The position numbers and the translations under genes were made by a program. The notes under the pieces are model-generated. The model saw nothing but the letters and a program-made list of their open reading frames with translations. It had not been told where the DNA came from and did not search any database. DNA of 63,991 nt, filler included, from Jimgerdemannia flammicorona (lineage: Eukaryota), in NCBI GenBank assembly GCA_003990765.1. It is 3 parts of 3 records of this genome, joined end to end, with 100 filler letters (N's around TTAATTAATTAA, not from the genome) between each part and the next. Parts side by side here need not be neighbours in the genome. Positions count along the whole stretch, not along the records: positions 42,999 to 63,991 come from RBNJ01001549.1; 2 more parts are not named here. One strand, written 5' to 3'. Position 1 is the stretch's first letter, and the number at the start of each line of letters is the position of its first letter. This document shows, in pieces, positions 51,401-63,991 of the stretch.

Positions 51401-53907
51401 CTCTAGTAGCTCCTTAATCCATGCAGTCCTCTCACCCCTAACTGCTGGACAGTAGCAAGAGCCAACTCTCACCAACTCCCATCCTGGCCGATGCCAATCT
51501 CCCCAGACCAATTGATCCCCCCAGCTCCTGATTCCTTCCAAATCTCCTCTACCCTTCCTCATCAGAATCACCACTTTTCCAAACCAAGCAGTAGCCCCAC
51601 CCCATTCTCTAGTCCACTCTACCTGATAATTCTCATCCTCACACCATATGTCCTGTAGTAAAAAGAGATCAGCCTCCAATCCCTTGAGCCAAGTAAAAAT
51701 GTTCTTATGCTGCCCTGCTGCCCTTAATCCATTCACATTCAGAGAGAAAATATTGGTTGTACTGTTCATAAGAAAAATGTTATATAGTGATCCCATCCTC
51801 TACAAGTCCACATTCAGCTCCTCCTGTATTAAGTCTAAGCTATGTTCAGCAGCTAGCTCCCTTTCGCCTGCCTCCCATGCCTCCAACCCTCCCAGAAGTT
51901 CCACCATTGCCCCATCTTCTCTCTCCTCAAAGTCCTCACGATACTCCAGACAGGCCTCCTGCCAGAGCTGCAAACCATGATGCTCTGCCCAATAGTAGGC
52001 AGCCCGCTCACTAGTGACAACCCCAGCTCCACCTTCCTAACCTCATCCACCTCATATCCCTCCTCTTCCAGGAAGATCGCAAGAATCTCCACCTTCAGTG
52101 CCTCTATTACACCATCTCCATGCAGAATCCACACCCAATGCTCCTCAGGCATTACACACAGGTCCACTTCCCCCAACGCCTCTGCCACAAGATTATCCAT
52201 CACCTTGCTCATCCACAGCAGGTTCCCCACCTCCTTCCCTCCCAGAGTCCCTGGCTGCCCTGCATCCAACATTATGGTATCAGCTCCTACACTGGCAGCC
52301 TCATCCCACTTCTCCTCTGGGACATCCACCAGCTCATCCTCACTAACCACCACTACCTGGCCCCCTTTTGCCATGTCAGGAACTCCAAATTGTACCCTCT
52401 GTGCCCCCTTCATCAACACATCATCCACTGCCCCTCTCTTCACCATTGGGCCCTTCCTGATAAGAGGGGGGGGGGTGGTATCCAACTCTTGCTCCCAAAC
52501 TTCAAATGTACTGTCTGTATAGGGGTTCTTGTTTGGCACCTTCTCAGCCTCTTCCTTGTTCACCTCCACCTCCCTTCCTCCTTTACTAGTCCAGACACTG
52601 GCCTCGATACCCCCAGCCTCCCCAGCACTATCCACCTTCTTCTTAGCCCCACTGCTCATACTCTCCAACAGCTCTCTCTGCTGCTTGCACCCCTGGGCCC
52701 ACTTCCACTGCCCCTTGTCAGTTTGAATCCTCTTCCCCTCCACAATCTCCAGATATGTTGTCTCCTCATAGAGCTTCCAGGCCTTCACCCTCCATTCAAC
52801 TGCACCACTCAACTCCTCTAGCACTTCCAATAAGTCCTCCTCCTCCTCTTCACTCTCCTTCACCCTTGACACCCTATAGACAACAGCCCCCCACATCAAC
52901 ACCAAGGGCCAGTCATTCACCTTTCTAGTGTCCTCCCTCCCTGCCAGCCTAATCCTGACATCTACATCGCCTGTCCTGATTACTGTCCCCTCCCACACCC
53001 GGAAGCCAATATCCACTATATCGCCATACTCTGCCACCACCTCCTCTACCCTCCTCCTAGTCTCAACCTTTGTCACTATAGGCACCCCTTTAACTAACAG
53101 CTATACCACCCTGGGGTTCCATCTAAGGCAGTGCACCATTGGGACCACCACTTCACCAACCACCACTCCAGTCTTCATCACCTCATCCAGTGGACCTGCT
53201 TCCTCAAAGCCCACCTCTACCCCCTCCAGCCCCTTCAGGAACTTCACTGAGGCTGCCCCAGCCATCTGCTGTGAGATAAGCCCCAGAACCATTCTTGCTG
53301 TCACTGCCAAGCCCCAGAAGCACAAGGTAGCCACAAACTCTGAAACCAACTTCTTGAGTAATGGTGCCACCACCAGCCCTATCACACCATCAGCCAGGTC
53401 CCCCTTTTGAATCAGTAGCCCCAGCCCCACTCTGCCATCAGCTGTCACATCTCTTTTTTTTCCTGATTTCTCATTACACCTCCATCAGCAGTCCCACCCC
53501 CAGCCACAATACCTCCAGACCCTATACTCATACCCTCAGTCTGAGGACCTCCCCCTCTCTCAAAGCTTGTCTTGCCCTTCTCCACAGCAGTACCAGCCCT
53601 GTCTCCAGCCAGCTATCTACTCTCCTTCACCTTGTCAGTGAAGCTTAAGGGGTCAGTCCTTCCCCCATTACCACCCACCACCAGTTCTCCTCCAGAGCCC
53701 TCACTGCCCTTCGACCCTCCAAAGACCCCCATCCCCAGGCCATAACCTCTCTCCACATTCTGCCAGCCGAAAGCCCCAGAACCCCCTAACTCAGTATGCC
53801 CACCAAAGCTCTTGCTTGTTGATATTTTGATAGTACCCTTTCTCCTAGTTGTGTTGAAAACCATTGCTTGAAGTTTTGTGTAATGTGAATTATACAGGAG
53901 AAAGACA
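48494..53907 (-). mobile_element. L1/Tx1-like LINE copy I (interrupted near the ORF2 3' end by copy H)
   Basis: 5' motif GTCTTTCTCCTGTATAATTCA; ORF1 pieces 53613-53864, 53101-53448 and 51853-53085; ORF2 from 51769. Confidence 0.92.
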
Positions 53908-54879
53908 AATATGGATTAGTACTCATACTAGTGGTTATTATCTCAATAAGTCTCATAGGTGATTATAAACTATTATAAGTTCATCAGCAAGGTTGGCAGA
54001 GTGATCAGGATTGGCAGAGATCCTTGACTAGAGATCATGTTAGTATCAGAGAGATCATTATCTTATGCTTTATCATTATTGAACTAAATTATATTATAGA
54101 TATCCTTTATAGTATATCCAACTTGGGACATTTGTAGGATGTAATCATCAGAGTACAGGAAGGGTCTATCTATAGTTTGAGTATACTTGATATATTTGTA
54201 ATTGAGTTCTTATACCATATTATCAATTTGGCTATAGGACAGAATGGCAACCATTTCAGCAGTAGTAACTCAAAAGTGGAGAATAAAGGTGCTATACTTA
54301 TAGAAGTATTCTTGGCATTTGTGAGTAATGAGTTTCTGATGTTGAGACATTTTGGTAATATCCATATCATAGTAGTGATTAACCATATCTTCTAGAAGGT
54401 GGCCAATCTGGTAGTAGCTTGAGATTTGTCTAATTTGGTAAACTTTACTAAGTATATTCAGGGGCATTCCATCAGACTTCTACAAAATAGAGAGATACTA
54501 GGTTATAGATATTTATGAGAGACAGAGGAGCTGTGGCTCAGTTGACAATAATATTTCAAATATCAGTATAGATGTAGTTATAGATTTTTAGTAGTTATGT
54601 TTGATATATATTCAAGAGTTATAGTTGTTTGTTTGGTTTGTTGTAGTTCTCTATTTTGATGTATCTGTATATTTAGTATATATGCTTTTAATCCTAATTG
54701 ATAAGGTTCTGTTTTCATAATTTTTATATTCTGTAACTTCAAGTTGACTCAGCTTTGTGATCTATAACTTTAGTTTAACTTAGCTTCATGATCTTACATG
54801 TGGTTTCTAAATTTGTTCTGAGGGTAATATGTAACTTCAGTGGCTTGGGAGTTGTACACTTATATCAATATATAGTTAA

Positions 54880-55405
54880 TCACTAATTTCTTCCACAAAG
54901 AAATTATCTACCAATTCAAGACCTCATTATAAGTAACCTCAGACAGAGGAACAGAATTTGTGAACCAGTTCTTTGAGATATTCTACAAGAAGTATAAGAT
55001 TCAGCACATTCAAACTACAGTCTATTATTCTCAAAAAAATATATAAGCAGAAAGGACCAATAAGACTCTTAAGAATATTATAATCAAGATCTATGATAAG
55101 TATGAAAACTAGGACTACTATCTACCAGTAGCTTTATCTACTCTTTAGGATATCTGATTACAAAGTATTTATTTTATCTCTTAAGAGATACTATATAGAG
55201 AAGAAAGTTCCCAAGAAACTCTATTATCTAATAGAGATACTGTATAGAAATATATGAATATAAATATTCAGAAATTACACTAAATCAGAAAGAAGGCTGA
55301 GAATTATATAACTAAGGTACAGATATATAATAGAATAATGCAGAAAAGATTTATAAATCTCTAGAGATTATCAAGATAGGAGACAAAGTCCTGATATATT
55401 AGAAC
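54880..55405 (+). pseudogene. Old DDE integrase remnant (gypsy- or Ginger-type)
   Basis: Reads FFHKEIIYQF..VTSDRGTEFVN..IQTTVYYSQ.N..AERTNKTLK..*DYYLPVAL..KIGDKVL; interrupted by the LTR at 55411. Confidence 0.75.
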
Positions 55406-55410
55406 ATAAT

Positions 55411-55815
55411 TGTAATACTTTAGCATAGTTTATTTCTTTTCTCTGTCTTTCTTGAATATTCTATAACCTTCCAGCACTTTCTGCATACTTAGAAATCTCC
55501 TTCTTGGTGCCGAGCATTAACTAGTACTTATTTAGCTAGTCACAGAATATCCTGGAAACTTGTAGAACTTTATTTATCATCATTTGTCATCTTTGCTGAG
55601 AACTTTCCTCTTGGCATCTTCCCTTGATTTCTCAGATCCTTCCAGATCCTTCTTTTAGATCTTGTATAAATATCCCCTTTGTTCTCATGAATAAAGCCTC
55701 AGAATATTTTCTCTCAGAAATCCTTCGAGAACACTTGAGTCCTTAAGTATCTCTTCGAGCTACTTAGAAATACCAGAACTAGTCGCTTTCTCATTTAGAA
55801 ACTAGAACCGTTACA
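55411..55815 (+). repeat. 5' LTR of gypsy copy 1 (405 bp)
   Basis: TGTAA...TTACA termini; TATAAAT and AATAAA; homologous to 61026-61343 and 61344-61747. Confidence 0.95.
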
Positions 55816-55817
55816 CT

Positions 55818-55826
55818 TGGTAGCAG
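55818..55826 (+). promoter_or_regulatory. Primer binding site, probably tRNA-iMet
   Basis: TGGTAGCAG 2 nt after the LTR, complementary to an initiator-tRNA-type 3' end ...CUGCUACCA; same motif at 61750. Confidence 0.75.
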
Positions 55827-56899
55827 CAGTTAAGTTATACCTAGCCTTATCAAGACACCTCTCAAGATATCAGTCACAACACTATGGAGGACAATGGGTG
55901 GAACCCTTTATATAGTACCTATGGTCCAGACAATGCCTCATATAATCAGCAAGAAGAAGAGGAACAGCAAAACCTTACTCAGTCAAATGGGGCCATTGAG
56001 AGTCTTTTGCAGACTACATTAGCTCAGATTGCTCAACTTCAAGAATGCATAGAAAGAAAGGAAAGCAAGGCCTCTGCTCATACCTCCGCACCTCTACTGA
56101 CATCAATATATTCGACAGCAGTCACTATCAAGCCTCAGAAGCCTGACACTTTTGATGGTCAAAGAGGAGGACTGTCTACTGATGCCTGGCTTTTTCAATT
56201 GGAGCAATATGGAGAACTGACCAATTTCGAAGAAGCAACACTAGTCCAATTCGCCACCACACTCCTCTGAGGGAATGCTACAATCTGGTAGCAAAATCAT
56301 GTCCAGAATACCAGATTCTCTGGCCAAATCAAGACCTGGGGCAAATTCTCTGATGCTATTCAAGGCCAATTCAAACCAGTCAACAGCACCAAGGCTACAT
56401 GAGACCATCTGGCAAATGTCAAACAACTCAAGCAATACACAATTCCTGTCAATCCTGCTAGAATTACCACATGTCACTGAAGATGAGAAGGTCGACAAGT
56501 ACATCCAAGGCCTGAAAGGTCAAACCTGTTCATGTTGAACTAGAAGAACCCAAGGACCTAGATATGGCAATGAAAATTGCTGTTAGGTTTGATGTCATCA
56601 CCTATGGTCACCACTTTGAACAGAAGAGACTGCCTTTCAATAATAACAACAACCACCAAAGGGAGGAACCCAAAGTCAGAACTGTTGGACCTGCCCCCAT
56701 GGACCTAGACACCATTGACAAGAACAAGAAAGGCAAGCTTACACCCAAGGAAAAGGAGCACCTCAAGAAGGCTGGAACCTGCTTCTTTTGCCATCAGCCT
56801 GGTCACATTGCAATCAAATGTCCCAAGAAAACTGCTGAACCAAAGAGGATTCTGGTCCTGTCCAAAGACACTCAAGGTCAATCAGTCAAACAAGAAGTT

Positions 56900-57310
56900 A
56901 TACTCAATTTCATGTGAGTCAACCCCAAGGCCCAGATCCCTCAAGCATAGTCAGAAGGAGCCATTGGTTTGGACCTTCAAGTAGTACAACAAGTCACTAT
57001 TCCTGCACATGAAAGAAGGCTCATTCCAACTTACCTTTTAGTCGAAATCCCCAAGGAATATTATGTAAGGATTGCACCAAGATCTGGCCTCAGTTTCAAG
57101 CACTCATTGGATGTTAGCACTGGAGTCATCGACCCTGACTTCTGAGGTAAAATGTAAGTCCTGCTAGTCAACCACAAGAACCAACCATATACCATCAATG
57201 AAGGTGACAGAATTGCACAGCTCATTCTGGAGTGAGCCACCCTACCAGTCATCAAAGAGGTCACCAAGCTGTCTTCAACCAAGCAAGATTAGAAAGGCTT
57301 TGGCAGTACT
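56900..57310 (+). pseudogene. dut: Trimeric dUTPase domain within the polyprotein (copy 1)
   Basis: Five motifs in order: GLDL, APRSGL, GVIDPDF*G, GDRIAQL, KGFGST. Confidence 0.93.
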
Positions 57311-60300
57311 GATAAAGTTACAAGTATAGCCAAGAACTGAGCCAATTCAATGCTCATTTTCAAAGGTCTAGTCAAAGGACAAGAACTAGATGTTCTCATA
57401 GACAGTGGAGCTGTTGGGAACTTCATCAACAAGAATCTCATTGACAAGCTCAAGATTCTCACCAAACCAGCTGGCAAGAATGGTGGAGTTGTCACTGTAG
57501 ATGGCACTATCTTACCAATTGACTCAATTGCTGCTAAACTTCCCCTCAAGATCCAGAAGTACTGGGAATGTTTAGATTTCGAGGTAGCACTGCTAGGAGA
57601 CCATGACCTGATCCTAGGCAAACCCTGGCTTACACGACACAACCCTCAGATTGATTGGACCAAGAATGAAGTCATCTTGATTCAGGATGGAGCCAACATT
57701 ACCATCAAGCCAGACAAGACTCAGATGAGAACCCCAATTGCTACCCTTTCGGCAATTCAGTTCAAGAAGGCCCTTAAGAAAGCTACCTGTGCCTTTGTGG
57801 CATTGATCCAACCAAAGAAAGAAGACAAGAAGCTATCAATTAGTGAAAGTATTAAGTTACTGCTGAACAAGTACAAGGATGTCTTTCTGGACAAACTACC
57901 TGGTCTACCACCTTCAAGAGACCATGACCATGAAATCAAGTTGGTACCTGATGCAGCTATACCTAAGAAGAAAATGTACCACATATCTCCACTCAAAATT
58001 GAAGCAGTCAAGAAAGAACTCAATGAACTCATTGAGCAAGGAGCCATTCAGCCAAGCAAGTCACCCTTTGGCTCCCCAGTCCTATTTTTCAAGAAAAAGG
58101 ATGATACTCTGTGAATGTGCATAGACTACCGAGCACTCAACAAGATCATAGTCAAGAACCATTATCTGCTACTGCTCATAGATCAAATCTTTAATGCTCT
58201 CAAAAATGCAAAGTACTTCACCAAGACTGATCTTACCTCTGGGTATCACCAAATTCGAATCAAGCCAGAAGACATACCCAAGACAGCCTTCATGACACCC
58301 TTTGGACTCTATGAATTTCTAGTCATGGCCTTTGGTCTCACCAATGCACCAGCAATCTTTCAAGATCTCATGCAAACTGTCTTCAAGAACCAGCTCTATA
58401 TGTATCTTCATACTTGTATATATTGATGACATCCTGATCTTCAGTAGCACTGAAGAAGAATACCTCAAGCACATTGAACAAGTCCTCAAGATCCTCCATG
58501 AGAACAAGCTCTATGTAAAGCTCAAGAAATGTGAATTTTTCAAGGATCAAGACGAATACCTTAGACACATTGTATCAGCCAAAGGAATTCAAGTAGACCC
58601 AAGGAAAATACAAGCCATTGAACAGTGGCCTGTACCAGCAAACCTCACTGAACTCAGGTCCTTTCTTGGTCTGGCTAGATACTATCATCGATTTGTCAAG
58701 AACTTCTCTGGCATTGCAGAATCTTTGACAAATCTTCTGCAAAAGGAACCCAACTCTGACCTCTATGTCCCCTACATCTGGGATGCTTTCTGCCAACAAG
58801 CTTTTTAAGAACTCAAGAACCACCTAATCCATGCATCTGTCCTTAGAAACATGGACCCAAACTTGAAGTTCACAGTCACTACAGATGCAACTAACTTTGC
58901 CATTGGTGCAGTCATTTCTCAAGATAATGGTCAAGGACACTGACCTATTACCTTTGAGTCAAGAAAATTGTTCCCAGCAGAACAAAAGCTGGCTACTCAT
59001 GAAAAGGAACTCCTGGCAATCATGCATGCCCTTAAGACCTGGTGACACTACCTAGAAGGAGTTAAGTTTGACATGATCACTGATCACAGATCCCTTCAGT
59101 ATATCAACACTCAACCAACCCTTTCTTGCCAACAAGCCAAGTGGAGTCAACTACTTCAGACCTTTACCCCAAACATCATCTACAAGCCTAGCAAAACTCT
59201 AGTTATACCAGATGTACTTTCAAGGAGATCTGACCTTGCCACAATTTTACAAGTCACTGTGGCACCTGAATTCCACAATCAGATCAAGAAGGCATATGAA
59301 CAAGACTCTCTGGTTCTACAAAGGAATACCAAGGAATTCAAGAAAAAGTACACTATCAAGGACAACCTCATGTACTATCAAGACAAAGTATATATTCCTG
59401 CCAACCCTGAACTATGGTACAAGATTCTTCATGAACACCATGACTCCCCACTAGCTGGTTACCTTGGAACTGAGAAGACCATCAAGAACATCCAACAAGA
59501 TTACTACTGGCCAAGCATGCTCAAGGAAATCAAGGAGTATGTCCAAAGCTGCAATCTTTGCCAAAGAAACAAGTCAAGCAACCAAGCACCCACCAGTCTT
59601 CTACAACCCCTACCAATTTCAACCAAGAAGTTCGAAAAGTCACAATGGACTTCATTGTGCAACTCCTACGAACCAAAACAGGCTATGATGCTATTGTTGT
59701 GTTTGTGGACTGTCTCACCAAGATTACAATCACTGAGCCAACCACAACCAATGCCACTGCCCCAGAAATTGCAAGAATCTTCTTCAAGACTGTCTTCTGC
59801 CATTATGGACTTTTCCAAGTAATTATCAGTGACTGCGACCCCAAGTTCACAAGTTACTTCTGGCAAGCACTCTTCAAGATCCTTGGAACCCAAATCACTA
59901 TATCCACTGCCTTCTACTCTCAAACTGATGGACAGACTGAGCAAATGAACAAAACACTTGAACAAATGCTCAGAAACTATGTGTCTTATGAGCAAGATGA
60001 TTGGGACCACTATCTGACCTATGCTGAGTTCACCTACAATAATGCCAACCAATCATCAACTGGCCTTTTCCCATTTAAGCTACTTCATGGTCAAAAATTC
60101 AAGACCCCTACAAGCCTAGTCTCATTCCAGCAATCCAGTCACACACAAGTTCCCACAGCCCAGAACCTTATCGACAAAATGGATTCCCTTCTCAAGATCA
60201 CCACTACAAACCTGCAAAAGGCTCAGCAACATCAAGCTAAGTATGTAGATAAGAAGCAGCAAGATGTCATATACAACATTGGTGATATGGTTCTACTCAA

Positions 60301-60544
60301 AGCCGACAACATCAAGGCTCAATCTCAAGTCAACCACCAGTCAGCCAAATTCCAGCCCAAGTACCTTGGACCCTTTGAGATTACCAAGCAAGTCTCCACC
60401 TGGTCTTACTGCCTCAACTTGCCAACAACCATACATATACACCCAGTATTCCATGTGTTACAACTTAAGGCCTAGAACCAGTCACCTCCATATTCTGGCC
60501 AAATTCTGACACTATCAGCACCAGTCATAGTTGAAGACTACATT

Positions 60545-60712
60545 GAGTATAAAGTTGAGAAAATCTTAGACAAGTGAGTTCAATACCATCACACAGAATA
60601 CCTAGTCAAGTAGATGGGTTATCCTGAATATGACACTACCTGGGAACTTGCTGACAATCTCAAGAACTCCCAAGACCTCATCCAAGAGTTCAAGCAAAAA
60701 GGAACTCATTGA
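60545..60712 (+). pseudogene. Chromodomain at the integrase C-terminus
   Basis: EYKVEKILDK..EYLVK*MGYPEYDTTWELADNLKNSQDLIQEF. Confidence 0.92.
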
Positions 60713-61012
60713 CTGCCTGTGAGGTTCTCCCTTTGAATAGTAGATGACCTACTATGCTGATCAGGCACATTATGCATTGGGGCTCTTTAAGAGATATAGC
60801 ATCAGAAATAAGAGATATAGAAAAACTCTATAAATCCTACAACCAACGAGGTTTGAACCAGTTCTCATCTGATCAAGATGATACTTTGGCCCTCACCTTA
60901 TACAAGGATGGCCAATTCTTGTCAATAAGTTGATATATTTAATTTGAAGTTTCTGTTAGTCTTAATATTTGTCATATGTAACTTTGGGAATTCAACAAGG
61001 ACATTGATTCTT

Positions 61013-61025
61013 AAGGAGAGGGAGA
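61013..61025 (+). promoter_or_regulatory. Polypurine tract
   Basis: AAGGAGAGGGAGA immediately before the 3' LTR TG. Confidence 0.85.
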
Positions 61026-61343
61026 TGTAATACTTTAGCATAGTTTATTTCTTTTCTCTGTCTTTCTTGAATATTCTATAACCTTCCAGTACTTTCTGCA
61101 TACTTAGAAATCCCCTTCTTGGTACTGAGTATTAACTAGTACTTATTTAGCTAGTCACTGAATATTCTGGAAACTTATAGAACTTTATTTGTCATCATTT
61201 GTCATCTTTGCTGAGAACTTTCCTCTTGGCATCTTCCTTTGATTTCTCAGATCCTTCTGGATCTTTCTTTCAGATCTTGTATAAATATCCCCTTTGTTCT
61301 CATAAATAAAGCCTCAGAATATTTTCTCCCAGAAATCCTTTAA
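61026..61343 (+). repeat. 3' LTR of gypsy copy 1, first ~318 bp
   Basis: Colinear with 55411-55728, then replaced by a new TGTAA start. Confidence 0.92.
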
Positions 61344-63991
61344 TGTAACATTTTAGTGTAGTTTATTTCTTTTCTCTGTCTTTCTTGAATATTCTATAAC
61401 CTTCCGGCACTTTCCGCGTACTTAGAAATCCCCATCTTGGTGCTGAGCATTAACTAGTACTTATTTAGTTAGTTACTGAATGTCCTGGAATCTTGTAGAA
61501 CTTTATTTGTCATCATTTGTCATCTTTGCCGAGAACTTTCCTCTTGGCATTTTCCTTTGATTTCTCAGATCCTTCCAGATCCTTCTTTCAGATCTTGTAT
61601 AAATATCCCCTTTGTTCTCACGAATAAAGCCTCAGAATATTTTCTCTCAGAAATCCTTCGAGAACACTTGAATCCTTAGTATCTCTTCGAGCTACTTAGG
61701 ACCACCAGAACTAGTCGCTTCCTCATTAAGAAACTAGAACCGTTACACTTGGTAGCAGTGGTGAAGTTACACCTAGCCTTATCAAGACACCTCTCAAGAT
61801 ATCAGTCACAACACTATGGAGGACAACAGGTGGAACCCTTTATACAGTACCTATGGTCCAGGCAATGCCTCATACAATCAGTACAATCAGCAAGAAGAAG
61901 AGGAGCAGCAGAACCCTACTCAGTCAAATGGTGCCATCGAAAGTCTTTTGCAGAATGCACTAGCTCAGATTGCTCAACTTCAAGAATGCATAGAAAGAAA
62001 GGAAAGCAAGGCCCCTGCTCATACCTCCATACCTCTACCGATATCAATACATCTGACAGCAGTCACTATCAAGCCTCAGAAGCCCGACACCTTTGATGGT
62101 CAAAGAGGAGGACTGTCTACCGATGCCTGGCTTTTCCAATTGGAGCAATATGGAGAACTGATCAATTTGGAAGAAGCAACACTAGTCCAATTTGCCGCCA
62201 CACTCCTCCAAGGGAATGCTGCAATCTGGTGGAGAAATCATATCCAGAACACCAGATTCTCTGGCCGAATCAAGACCTGGGGCGAATTCTCTGATGCTAT
62301 TCAAGGCCAATTCAAACCAGTCAACAGCACCAAGGCTGCGCGAGACCGTCTAGCAAATGTCAAACAACTCAAGTCTGTGCAAGCATACAATGCACAATTC
62401 CTGTCAATTCTGCTAGAATTACCACATGTCACTGAAGATGAGAAGGTCGACAAGTATATCTGAGGCCTGAAAAGTCAAACCTGAGTTCGTGTTGAACTAG
62501 AAGAACCCAAGGACCTAGATACAGTGATGAAAATTGCTGATAGGTTTGATGTCATCACCTATGGTCACCGCTTTGAACAGAAGAGACCACCTTTCAACAA
62601 TAACAACAACCACCACAGAAGGGAGGAACCCAAAGTCAGAACTGTTGGACCTGCCCCCATGGACCTAGACACCATCGACAAGAATAAGAAAGGCAAGCTT
62701 ACACCTGAGGAAAAGGAGCATCTCAAGAAGGCTGGAGCCTGCTTCTTTTGCTGTCAGCCTAGTTACATTGCAACCAAATGTCCCAAGAAAACTGCCGAAC
62801 CAAAGAGGATTCTGGTCCTGTCCAAAGACACTCAAGGTCAACCAGTTGAACAAGAAGTTGTACTCAATTTCATGCAAGTCAACCCCAAGGCCCAGATCTC
62901 TCAAGCATAGTCAGAAGGAGCCATTAGTTTGGACCTTCAAGCAGTACAACAAGTCACTATTCCGGCACATGAGAGAAGGCTCATTCCAACTGGCCTTTCA
63001 GTCGAAATTCCCAAGGAACATTATGCAAAAATTGCACCAAGATCTGGCCTCAGTTTCAAGCACTCATTGGATGTTGGTGCTGGAGTCATTGACCCTGACT
63101 TCTGAGGTAAAATGCAAGTCCTGCTAGTCAATCACAAGAACCAACCATATACTGTCAATGAAGGTGACAGAATTGCACAACTCATTCTGGAGTGAGCCAC
63201 CCTACCAGTCATCAAAGAAGTCACCAAGCTGTCTTCAACCAAGCGAGATCAGAAAGGCTTTGGCAGCACTGACAAAGTTGCAAGCATAACTGAGAACCGA
63301 GCCAATTCAATGCTCATTTTCAAAGGTCTAGTCAAGGGACAAGAACTAGATGTTCTCATAGACAGTGGAGCTGTTGGGAACTTCATCAACAAGAACCTCA
63401 TCGACAAGCTCAAGATTCTCACCAAACCAGCTGGCAAGAATGGTGGAGTTGTCACTGCAGATGGCACCACCTTACCAATTGACTCAATTGCCGCGAAACT
63501 TCCCCTCAAGATCCAGAAGTACTGGGAACGTTTAGATTTCGAGGTAGCACCACTAGGAGACCATGACCTGATTCTAGGCAAACCCTGGCTTACACGGTAC
63601 AACCCTCAGATTGATTGGACCAAGAATGAAGTCACCTTGATTCAGGATGGAGCCAACATTACCATCAAGCCAGACAAGACTCAGACAAGAACCCCAATTG
63701 CTACCCTTTCAGCAATTCAGTTCAAGAAGGTCCTCAAGAAAGCTACCTGTGCCTTTGTAGCACTGATCCGACCCAAGAAAGAAGACAAGAAGCTATCAAT
63801 TAGTGAAAGCGTCAAGTTACTGCTGAACAAGTACAAGGATGTCTTTCCAGACAAACTACCTGGCCTACCACCTTCAAGAGACCATGACCACGAAATCAAG
63901 TTGGTACCTGATGCAGCTATATCTAAGAAGAAAATGTACTGCATGTCTCCACTCAAAATTGAAGCAGTCAAGAAGGAACTCAATGAACTCA
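61344..63991 (+). mobile_element. Same gypsy family, copy 2 (younger; runs off the window)
   Basis: Complete 5' LTR 61344-61747, PBS at 61750, gag from ATG 61816, then dUTPase and protease in a single frame to the window end. Confidence 0.95.
62860..63270 (+). pseudogene. dut: Trimeric dUTPase domain (copy 2)
   Basis: SLDL, IPTGL, APRSGL, GAGVIDPDF*G, GDRIAQL, RDQKGFGST; same frame as gag and protease. Confidence 0.94.

Larger units (their letters stand above)
55884..60712 (+). pseudogene. gag-dUTPase-pol polyprotein (Gag, CCHC, dUTPase, protease, RT, RNase H, integrase, chromodomain), disrupted
   Basis: [69 protein letters not shown]-type zinc site, MDFI/SD.DPKF/GQTE, LGPF, HPVFHV. Confidence 0.95.
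55411..61343 (+). mobile_element. Ty3/gypsy chromodomain LTR retrotransposon with dUTPase, copy 1 (3' LTR interrupted by copy 2)
   Basis: 5' LTR TG..CA, PBS, gag-dUTPase-PR-RT-RNaseH-IN-chromodomain, PPT, partial 3' LTR. Confidence 0.95.

Noticed and set aside
53910..54800. Possible gag-like relic on the minus strand
   Set aside because: Too eroded; no motif I can support.
60745..60950. Possible extra ORF between pol and the PPT (MTYYADQAHYALG...)
   Set aside because: Short, three internal stops, only one copy visible and no recognisable domain.

Overview
Eukaryotic, most likely fungal, repeat-rich DNA. It consists of three unrelated contigs (1-21399, 21500-42898, 42999-63991) joined by artificial 44N-TTAATTAATTAA-44N linkers. 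Nearly all of it is nested, C-to-T-decayed transposable elements. These are: nine copies of an L1/Tx1-like non-LTR retrotransposon family (ORF1 plus APE-RT-CCHC ORF2), all retaining a conserved 5' end and inserted into one another in the same orientation; two independent insertions of a ~1.2-kb poly(A)-tailed non-autonomous element with ~16-bp TSDs that shares the LINE 5' motif; a heavily eroded Ty1/copia pol split by a LINE; two nested copies of a Ty3/gypsy chromodomain LTR retrotransposon with an in-frame dUTPase between the Gag zinc knuckle and the protease; a TTAA-flanked foldback element; a palindromic MITE with a 5-bp TSD; and a minisatellite. A small spliced hypothetical host gene probably lies at 413-1165 (minus strand). 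All calls come from reading the sequence by eye; no database searches were run, and boundaries without TSD or LTR support are approximate.
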